From Zymomonas mobilis subsp. mobilis ATCC 10988 (lineage in GTDB: Bacteria > Pseudomonadota > Alphaproteobacteria > Sphingomonadales > Sphingomonadaceae): a stretch of DNA of 32,000 nt. The notes below the pieces were generated by a model. It was not told the DNA's origin and made no database searches. It worked only from the letters and a program-made list of their open reading frames with translations. The stretch covers positions 810,001 to 842,000 of the forward strand of contig NC_017262.1 of the NCBI RefSeq assembly GCF_000175255.2, given 5' to 3'. The position numbers and the translations under genes are program-made. Each line of letters starts with the position of its first letter. Within the stretch, counting starts at the first letter, position 1. Below are positions 25,273 through 32,000 of the stretch, in pieces.

Positions 25273-25288
25273 TGTTTCACGTGAAACA
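25273..25288. repeat. Perfect palindrome TGTTTCACGTGAAACA, copy 2
   Basis: Identical to 23113-23128, and directly abuts the terminator at 25238-25270. Confidence 0.9.
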
Positions 25289-25342
25289 GAATGGAGCAAA
25301 CATCGCATAACGCCAAGTCTGCCCCTTTAAATCTAAGCTAAT

Positions 25343-26410
25343 TTAAGCCAAAAATTTCTTAGTTTCTTCTGCCAAATGTGGATTCCACATAGATCCCGTG
25401 GCGGTCATCACAGCATTCGCACCCGCCTCGATATAAGCCTTATAATGTTCAGGCTTATTCACGCCTCCAACACCCACAATAGCATAATCGAGTGATTTTT
25501 CTTCACGAAAAGCTGCCAAACGCTGCACCATTTCCAGTCCAGCCCAACGGATAGCATCACCGCAAACCCCACCTTCAGGACGGCTCGGGGATAAAGCAGC
25601 TTGCCCTTTTTCATCGAGAGGCCGCGCACTCAAAGTATTAATCGTGCTAAACCCACTTACTAGATGGCCAACGCGCGAGACGAGATCGGCTAGCTTGGCA
25701 TTATCTTTGAAATAAGCGGTCTTAATCAACAAAGGCCGATCCGGCACAGCTGCTTTGATAGCTTCTACAATCTTTTGAACCAAAGACGCATCAAAGCAAA
25801 GCAAGCTATTCACACCTTCATTGGGACAGCTCAAATTCGCTTCCAAAACAGGTGCGCCGGTTTCCGCAACCATACGGGCAGCCAAGGCATAATCTTCTTC
25901 AATCTTGCCCTTGCCGCGCGTGCCTTGGAAACTGCCGATCATGACCTGATGATCCGAAGCTGCTTTAACCGCTTCGGCCATATCCGGCTGCCAGATATCA
26001 GGGTTAAAGGAAGGCACTCCAAAAGAATTGGTAATCGATAAAGGCTGATTATAACGGGTATCCGCTAAAACCGCTTCACAATCGGCACTCAAGACACCTT
26101 CGGGATGAATGGCTAGAACATTCGGCAAAGGATGGCTTTTATGCTCCTGCGTTCTAACCGTCTTGTAAACGCATAGATCAAAACCCGCATGAAAAGCCGC
26201 CTTGATATAGCGACTGTTCAACAAAGGGCCTGCCGGAATACCAAAGGGCAGATCAACCGAACATCCAAGAAAAGAAACCGGCTTTTTCACCGAAACCGCA
26301 AAAGAAGGAGCGGGCTTTTCGACAATATCTGCGAAATAGCCGAAAGGGCCTTCCTTATAGTTATCTTCATAACTCAATTCAGGATTGTAATATGGAATTT
26401 CGGTTTTCAT
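25343..26410 (-). CDS. Dihydroorotate-dehydrogenase-family (class-1-like) FMN oxidoreductase, divergent
   Basis: TIM-barrel DHOD/DPD blocks: FGIPAGP, EANLSCPN (Cys catalytic base, as in class 1 enzymes), IKT, STINT and VGVGGV...GANAVMTATG. I trimmed the start to the ATG at 26410 (MKTEIPYYNP). Confidence 0.7.
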   Translation of the reverse strand: MKTEIPYYNPELSYEDNYKEGPFGYFADIVEKPAPSFAVSVKKPVSFLGCSVDLPFGIPAGPLLNSRYIKAAFHAGFDLCVYKTVRTQEHKSHPLPNVLAIHPEGVLSADCEAVLADTRYNQPLSITNSFGVPSFNPDIWQPDMAEAVKAASDHQVMIGSFQGTRGKGKIEEDYALAARMVAETGAPVLEANLSCPNEGVNSLLCFDASLVQKIVEAIKAAVPDRPLLIKTAYFKDNAKLADLVSRVGHLVSGFSTINTLSARPLDEKGQAALSPSRPEGGVCGDAIRWAGLEMVQRLAAFREEKSLDYAIVGVGGVNKPEHYKAYIEAGANAVMTATGSMWNPHLAEETKKFLA

Positions 26411-26695
26411 GCTCTGGCCTCCCAAATGATTCCCGAGAGGAATACAGAAATATCCTTTCATCAGGAAACAAGTTTTTTAAGATAATCGCCCGATATAACC
26501 GGATTTAAGATTTTTCGGGTAATATTTATATCGTCATTTTTCTATCGCAGCAGAAGAGGCAGCTGAAAAAAATCGACGAATAGAAAACCGCATATCCTGC
26601 CTTATTGATCAAACGTATAGCTAAAAATCAAACCAAGCTATTGTCTAATATCGCCCTCTTTTTTGATATAAAAACCGCCTCTTTCATGAATACAG

Positions 26696-26717
26696 AAAAG
26701 GGGAGCCAAAGCCCCCC
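26696..26717 (-). terminator. Intrinsic terminator after hcp
   Basis: In the minus-strand RNA, GGGGGGC-UUUG-GCUCCCC forms a 7-bp stem followed by UUUU. Confidence 0.65.
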
Positions 26718-26751
26718 TTCCCCGTAGAATAAATTAAACTCTTTGAATCTA

Positions 26752-28389
26752 TCAGGCGGCTTTAGCAGCCAAGATTTCCTGCAAATCCTCTTCGGCAGAA
26801 TTACCGATTGGTTTAATATCGAAATTATCGACCAGAATTTTCAGCATATTCGGCGTGATAAAGGCCGGAAGCGTCGGGCCCAAGCGGATACCCTTCACAC
26901 CCAAATGCAATAGAGCCAACAACACACAAACAGCTTTCTGCTCATACCAAGACAGAACAAGCGATAAAGGCAGACTATTCACATCGGTATCAAAAGCCTC
27001 GGCCAAAGCCAAAGCGACCCGAATAGCGGAATAGCTGTCATTGCACTGCCCCATATCGAGCAAGCGCGGCAGATCGCCAATTTTACCAAGATCCAAATCA
27101 GTGACACGGAATTTACCGCAACCCAATGTCAAAATGACCCAGTCTTTGGGAGCCTTCTCGGCAATATCGGTAAAGTAATGTCGACCGCTTTTGATACCAT
27201 CACAGCCACCGACCAACATGAAATGCTTAATATCACCTTTCTTGATCGCCGAAACAACCGCATCGGCAGAATCAAGAACTGTATGATGACCAAAACCAGC
27301 GATATGGGAACGGCTTTCCTGATCTTCGGTAAAGCCTTCACTCTCAAGCGCGGCTTCAATTACCTTTGAAAAGTCACGATCAGGCAAATGGGTCAAGCCC
27401 GGCCAACCGACCAGATCACGGGTAAAGACGCGACCGGCATATTCTTTTCTCGGCTCCATCAGACAGTTGGTTGTCATGACGATCGGGCCTGGGAAATTGA
27501 TAAATTCCTGACGCTGAAGCATCCATGCACCGCCATAATGGCCAGCAAGATGCGGATATTTATTCAATTCGGGATAACCATGGGCGGGCAACATTTCGCC
27601 ATGGGTATAGACCTTGATGCCGGTATCTTTGGTCTGCTCCAAAAGCTCTTTCATATCAAGGAGGTCATGCCCCGATACCAAAATCGCTTTTCCTTTTGAC
27701 GGGCCCATTTTAACATTAGTTGGAACCGGATGGCCAAAGGAGGAAGTATTAGCCTTATCGAGCAGAGCCAGCGTCTTATAAGAGGCTTCACCACAACGCA
27801 TCACAACAGCTAACAAAGCTTGGATGTCAAGGCTGTGATCGGTCAGAGCGGCCATGCCTTCCAACAGGAAGTTATCGACATCGGGATCACGATAATCCAA
27901 AACCGCTGCGTGATGCGCATAGGCGGCCATGCCTTTCATGCCATAGGTCAGAAGTTCCTGAAGACCAGTGACGTCGATACCAAGCGTTTTCTGACGGCTC
28001 GCAATGCCATAGGACTCCCCCTGCTTGACCAGCGTTTCACGATCACGTGAAAAATCAAGCGTTGCAGCCAGAGGAAGCTCGACATCTTCAGGTAGTTTGG
28101 CTTTCAGCGCATCGCGGAAGTCAACCAGATGATAAAGGGCTTTGGTCAAAACATCGGCGTCGAAATTGACATTCGTCACTGTCGAGAACAAGGCCTGAAT
28201 GACCAGTGAAGCGGCTTCTTTTCGCTCTGCCTCACAGCTATCCGGCAATTTCTTGGCGACATAAGAAAGACCTGCCGATGCAAAAATCATCAGATCCTGA
28301 ATAGCCGCGACTTCAGGGGTTTTGGTGCAAACACCCCGAATAACGCAGCCGGTGCCGCTGTGTGTCTGTTCACACTGAAAACATAGCAT
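26752..28389 (-). CDS. hcp: Hybrid-cluster protein / hydroxylamine reductase
   Basis: N-terminal Cys cluster MLCFQCEQT..GTGC...GVC. At 545 aa, it carries conserved internal blocks (GHDL, MTTNC, VGGCDG, LGCGK, GQCND) typical of Hcp. Confidence 0.92.
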   Translation of the reverse strand: MLCFQCEQTHSGTGCVIRGVCTKTPEVAAIQDLMIFASAGLSYVAKKLPDSCEAERKEAASLVIQALFSTVTNVNFDADVLTKALYHLVDFRDALKAKLPEDVELPLAATLDFSRDRETLVKQGESYGIASRQKTLGIDVTGLQELLTYGMKGMAAYAHHAAVLDYRDPDVDNFLLEGMAALTDHSLDIQALLAVVMRCGEASYKTLALLDKANTSSFGHPVPTNVKMGPSKGKAILVSGHDLLDMKELLEQTKDTGIKVYTHGEMLPAHGYPELNKYPHLAGHYGGAWMLQRQEFINFPGPIVMTTNCLMEPRKEYAGRVFTRDLVGWPGLTHLPDRDFSKVIEAALESEGFTEDQESRSHIAGFGHHTVLDSADAVVSAIKKGDIKHFMLVGGCDGIKSGRHYFTDIAEKAPKDWVILTLGCGKFRVTDLDLGKIGDLPRLLDMGQCNDSYSAIRVALALAEAFDTDVNSLPLSLVLSWYEQKAVCVLLALLHLGVKGIRLGPTLPAFITPNMLKILVDNFDIKPIGNSAEEDLQEILAAKAA

Positions 28390-28455
28390 GACATTAACCT
28401 CTTCGTAACCTACCCATCAATGCAGAAAAGATTCTGAGGTCAGGAAAACGGATCT

Positions 28456-28893
28456 TCAGCCTTCTTCAGAGCGGAATTTCCAACCGGCTTCGGTAAAGTG
28501 TTTGGCCTTATCCAAGGTCATATTTTCCAATTGCTTGACAATAACCGGACGGGTTTTCAGCCAAAAGCTGTGCATTGGGCAAGGATGCTCATTGGAACAT
28601 CCCGGCAAACCCAAAAAGCAACCACAGCCCCAATCTTTCCCATCAATCGCCTTCACGATTTCCAAAAGAGAAATCGTCTCCGGCGGACGGTTCAAACGCA
28701 GGCCACCATTTTGACCTCGCTTGGCTGTAATCAGTCCGGCTTCTTGCAAGCGACCTAAAATCTTCGTCAGATAAGGGCGTGGAATATTCGCTTTTTCGGC
28801 AATGTCGCGCGCCATGGTGAGCTTTTCACTCTCTGCATGAATAGCAGACAGCGCAAGAACAGCATAACCGGTTGATTGCGAAATTGAGAGCAT
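28456..28893 (-). CDS. Rrf2-family Fe-S transcriptional regulator (NsrR/IscR-like)
   Basis: N-terminal wHTH (STGYAVLALSAI...ARDIAEKANIPRPYLTKILGRLQEAGLI) and a C-terminal Cys cluster WGCGCFLGLPGCSNEHPCPMH. ATG at 28893. It lies 66 nt upstream of hcp on the same strand. Confidence 0.88.
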   Translation of the reverse strand: MLSISQSTGYAVLALSAIHAESEKLTMARDIAEKANIPRPYLTKILGRLQEAGLITAKRGQNGGLRLNRPPETISLLEIVKAIDGKDWGCGCFLGLPGCSNEHPCPMHSFWLKTRPVIVKQLENMTLDKAKHFTEAGWKFRSEEG

Positions 28894-28945
28894 AAAACGC
28901 TGATTCCTTATCGACGAAAAGACTTTTACCACAAAGTTTACAAAA

Positions 28946-28967
28946 AGGTAAAGTTTAAATTTTACCT
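28946..28967. promoter_or_regulatory. Candidate Rrf2 operator: 22-bp AT-rich near-palindrome AGGTAAAGTTTAAATTTTACCT
   Basis: 20 of 22 positions are self-complementary. It lies 53-74 nt upstream of the Rrf2 gene start. Its size and AT-rich dyad architecture fit known Rrf2-family (NsrR/IscR) operators. Confidence 0.5.
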
Positions 28968-29092
28968 AAAGGTCATATTTAAAAAGAAGAGGCCTTCTTC
29001 ATCACTTTCTTTCACTCAAGAAGAATGAAAAATACAAAAAAAGGCAATATCAAAAAATATATTACTCAATATGATAATAAAATCAAAACCCC

Positions 29093-29929
29093 CTATTGAA
29101 AACGACTGTAATTAATCTCGTCAAAAACCATCGACTTCAGCAAAGCCAGCAAGGCCGCCGACCGACGCGGCAAAGCAACCTCCCCTAAATGCGTCACCTG
29201 AGTGATCAGACGCAAACTATTGGTTAGGAAAATGTCATCTGCCTCTAACAGCTCTTCATAGCCAATAGAGCGCTCTTCAACCGGAATATCACGGGATTTT
29301 GCCAAACGCAGAATATTGGCACGCATAATACCTGCCAAAATACCATCACTGACTGGCGGAGTAATCAAACACCCGTCACGGATCATAAAAAGATTGGCCG
29401 TGCTACTACAGGCAACATGTCCTGCGGTATTTAAAAACAGCGCATCATCAAAAGACTTCTGACGCGCTTCTGTCACCGCCATAATCGCATCAAGATAATT
29501 CAGCGTTTTAATCCGCGCCGTAAAAGAGCTTTCATTCCGCCGAAGTGGCGTCAAGACAAGCCGTATCTCAGGACAAAATATTGTCGCTGCTATCGGGGAA
29601 GCTGAAACAATAACATTAGGCTTGGCTTCGGGACTAAAAGCCATTCCCCTTGGGCCCACGCCTCCCGTCACGGTGATCCTTATTACGCCCAAAGGCAGGT
29701 CTTTCGCTGCCTCCTCCATCATTTCGCTTAAAAAAGAGGAAGCGACCGGCAAGGACAACGCCGCACAGCTTTTTGTCAATTTTTCAAGATGCGCTTCCCG
29801 ATAGGCAACTTTATCAGCGATAACCAAGGCGGTATCGAAAACACCATATCCCAGTAATAACCCTTTATCATTCAGGTTAAATTCTGCGCCAGCATTATTG
29901 GCTAATACACCGTTCAGCCATATCGGCAT
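29093..29929 (-). CDS. pabC: Aminodeoxychorismate lyase (class-IV aminotransferase fold)
   Basis: Fold-type IV blocks (GYGVFDT, ITVTGG, KTLNYL, FLTNS). GGAGGA lies 9 nt upstream of the ATG at 29929. It is the last gene after pabB and pabA. Confidence 0.8.
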   Translation of the reverse strand: MPIWLNGVLANNAGAEFNLNDKGLLLGYGVFDTALVIADKVAYREAHLEKLTKSCAALSLPVASSFLSEMMEEAAKDLPLGVIRITVTGGVGPRGMAFSPEAKPNVIVSASPIAATIFCPEIRLVLTPLRRNESSFTARIKTLNYLDAIMAVTEARQKSFDDALFLNTAGHVACSSTANLFMIRDGCLITPPVSDGILAGIMRANILRLAKSRDIPVEERSIGYEELLEADDIFLTNSLRLITQVTHLGEVALPRRSAALLALLKSMVFDEINYSRFQ

Positions 29930-30506
29930 AGAAGGCTTCCTCCAAATCAAAAAAGCGCGACAAAAGCGCGTCGCCATATTCGGTCAAAACCGATTCAGGA
30001 TGAAACTGGATACCATAGGTAGGATGACTTTTATGCGATAAAGCCATGATCTCGCCTTCCGGTGACAGCGCATCAACCGTCAAATGCTGTTCCATCTCTT
30101 CGGTTTTCTGGATAATCAGCGAATTATAGCGTGCCGCCTTAAAAGGATTAGGAATATCTTTAAATAGTCTTTTCCCGACATGGCTGATTTCCACGGCACG
30201 CCCATGAAGCGGATAGCTGGCACGAGCAATAACACCACCAAAAGCAACACCAATGGCTTGATGTCCAAGGCAGACCCCTAAAATAGGTATCTTGCCAGAA
30301 AATTGCCGTAAAACATCCAAAGAGATACCGGCTTCTTCCGGTGAGCAAGGCCCCGGAGAAAGGATAATCGCTTTGGGCGACATCACCTCGATCTCTTCAA
30401 GGGTGATTTTATCATGGCGAAACAAGCTGACTTTACGGCCAAGCCTTTCGCAATAGCGCGCCAGATTAACGACAAAAGAGTCGTAATTATCAATCATCAA
30501 AAGCAT
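29895..30506 (-). CDS. pabA: Aminodeoxychorismate/anthranilate synthase glutamine-amidotransferase component
   Basis: MLLMIDNYDSFV start, catalytic GVCLGHQ, and the HPES triad region. The ATG at 30506 has a GAGGA RBS 9 nt upstream and lies 16 nt after the pabB TGA stop. Confidence 0.88.
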   Translation of the reverse strand: MLLMIDNYDSFVVNLARYCERLGRKVSLFRHDKITLEEIEVMSPKAIILSPGPCSPEEAGISLDVLRQFSGKIPILGVCLGHQAIGVAFGGVIARASYPLHGRAVEISHVGKRLFKDIPNPFKAARYNSLIIQKTEEMEQHLTVDALSPEGEIMALSHKSHPTYGIQFHPESVLTEYGDALLSRFFDLEEAFYADMAERCISQ

Positions 30507-30522
30507 CAGACATTCCTCACCA

Positions 30523-31986
30523 TCAAGCCATTTCAGAAACCGATGTGCCAAAACTTTCAAAGATTTTTGCTGCCTTGGTCAGGGTCTCGACATATTCCGC
30601 TTCGGGATCGGAAAGCAGGGTAATCCCGCCGCCGACCTGAAAAACCGCTTTGTTTTCACTCAGGGTGACGGTTCTAATCGCAATGTTGAAATCGAGATTA
30701 CCGCCAAAATCAATATACCCAATCGACCCGCAATAAACGCCGCGTGCCAATTGTTCGATTTCTGCAATAATTTCCATCGCCCGAATTTTGGGCGCACCTG
30801 TAATCGACCCACCGGGGAAGCAGGCTTTCAAAAGATCAACGGAAGAATTTTCAGGCCGTAATTTTCCGGTAACCACGGACACCAAATGATGCACACCAGC
30901 ATAGCTTTCTAGGCGGCATAAATCGGTTACTTCGACAGAATCCGCTGTTGACACATGTGACAAATCATTCCGCAACAGATCGACAATCATGATATTTTCA
31001 GCGCGGTCTTTTTCGGAATGAAGCAATTCTTCAGCGGCGGCTCTATCTTTCTCAAGATCCGGTGACCGGCGGGCAGTCCCCTTAATCGGACGCGTCTCAA
31101 TCTGATTATCCTGCAACAGAACAAAACGTTCCGGCGAAGCCGATGCAATAACCTGATCGCCAAAAGCAAGATACGCCCCAAAGGTTGCAGGATTGATGCG
31201 ACGTAACTGGCGATAAAAAGGCCAAGGCTGAAAATCATCCGGCAATTCAGCTGAAAAACTCTGGGCGATATTCGCCTGATAAATATCGCCTTTTCGAATA
31301 TATTCCCGAACTGTTTCGATCGCCTGACAATAATGTTCTTTCGTAAAATTCGATTGCCAATTTAATGAAAGCCTGTTGGGCTTTTCATCCAAAGATGCCT
31401 GTTTAGAAGGCATCGAAAGCCAGTCAGAAAATTGTGCCAAACGGGCTTTTGCTCGGCTTTCTTTTTTGTCAGGTTGGGTTTCAGGATAACCGGAAGAGCA
31501 AAGGTAACTTTCCCCCGTCATATGGTCAAAAGCCAGAACCACATCGTAAAAACAAAAATTGATATCGGCGGCTTTGTCTTCTGTTTCAGGATAGCCATTG
31601 ATGACTTCAAGGCAGCGGCCATAATCATAACCGACATAACCAATACATCCGCCTTGAAAAGGAAAGCGCCGTTCAATTTTTTCATCAAAAGCGAATTGCG
31701 CCAAATGCCGTTGCAAAATTTCTAAAGGATCACCTTTTTCGGGAACTGAATTCCAATAGGCTTGGTCACCACAAACCGTCAGTCTCGCAAAAGGATCAAC
31801 TGCGATATAAGAATATCGCCCCAATTTATCCTGATGCATCGCACTATCAAGAAAAGCAAAATACGGTCGGGAAGAAAGGATATTCGCGGCGACCAACGGG
31901 TCTTTAAGATCAATTTTTTGTAGCCACATTGCTTTACCGATCTGAAATTTATCAGGATTGCTGATAGTCGGGCGGAAGACTTCCAT
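30523..31986 (-). CDS. pabB: Aminodeoxychorismate synthase component I (chorismate-binding enzyme)
   Basis: Chorismate-binding blocks: SPERF, RPIKGT, VDLLRND, FPGGSITGAPK and RGVYCGSIGY. The start is uncertain: ATG 31986 or 31929. Only 14 nt of upstream sequence lie inside the window. Confidence 0.85.
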   Translation of the reverse strand: MEVFRPTISNPDKFQIGKAMWLQKIDLKDPLVAANILSSRPYFAFLDSAMHQDKLGRYSYIAVDPFARLTVCGDQAYWNSVPEKGDPLEILQRHLAQFAFDEKIERRFPFQGGCIGYVGYDYGRCLEVINGYPETEDKAADINFCFYDVVLAFDHMTGESYLCSSGYPETQPDKKESRAKARLAQFSDWLSMPSKQASLDEKPNRLSLNWQSNFTKEHYCQAIETVREYIRKGDIYQANIAQSFSAELPDDFQPWPFYRQLRRINPATFGAYLAFGDQVIASASPERFVLLQDNQIETRPIKGTARRSPDLEKDRAAAEELLHSEKDRAENIMIVDLLRNDLSHVSTADSVEVTDLCRLESYAGVHHLVSVVTGKLRPENSSVDLLKACFPGGSITGAPKIRAMEIIAEIEQLARGVYCGSIGYIDFGGNLDFNIAIRTVTLSENKAVFQVGGGITLLSDPEAEYVETLTKAAKIFESFGTSVSEMA

Positions 31987-32000
31987 CCGGCAACGAAGAA

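Noticed and set aside
13367-28932. Longer N-terminal extensions in the ORF track (starts at 13367, 26461, 28932, 29977, 30560, 2768, 2972, 11936, 13015 and 9506)
   Set aside because: In each case an internal ATG gives a family-typical N-terminus. This is a Tat or Sec leader, the MLSISQSTGY Rrf2 start, the MLLMIDNYDSF PabA start, or similar, often with a better Shine-Dalgarno sequence. The extensions are hydrophobic or basic junk, or begin at GTG or TTG.

Overview
This is a 32-kb bacterial chromosomal window. It most resembles Zymomonas mobilis or a close Sphingomonadales relative. That call rests on my memory of the PhoC class-A acid phosphatase sequence and the type I-F CRISPR repeat GTTCACTGCCGCACAGGCAGCTTAGAAA, not on a database search.

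Layout, left to right:
- 1-4413: housekeeping genes. nadB (partial), an ABC ATPase and yggS lie on the minus strand; a low-molecular-weight (LMW) tyrosine phosphatase and a fructosamine-kinase-family gene lie on the plus strand.
- 4573-12940: eight tandem minus-strand genes for exported Sel1-like-repeat (SLR) proteins. I count about 52 36-aa units. The block includes a ~395-bp near-identical segmental duplication and perfect 108-bp-register intragenic repeats.
- 13448-19136: a plus-strand run of exported phosphohydrolases and an outer-membrane transporter. These are a Tat-signal metallophosphoesterase, phoC, a TonB-dependent receptor and an S1/P1 nuclease.
- 19137-20436: a sharply AT-rich ~1.3-kb patch. 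It holds one orphan membrane-protein ORF whose stop codon lies 8 nt before a four-repeat, cas-less type I-F CRISPR mini-array. tRNA-Cys(GCA) follows immediately.
- 20867-32000: ybaK, a HerA/FtsK-like P-loop ATPase with an unusual C-terminus, a small hypothetical gene, rarA, a DHOD-like flavoenzyme, an Rrf2-regulator/hcp module and a pabB-pabA-pabC operon.

No transposase, integrase, cas gene or rRNA is visible. The best leads for something new are the AT-rich ORF plus leaderless mini-array, the recombining SLR gene battery, the receptor/nuclease/phosphatase locus, and the ATPase with a putative winged-helix (wHTH) tail. All functional statements come from motif recognition by eye and need HMM or BLAST confirmation.
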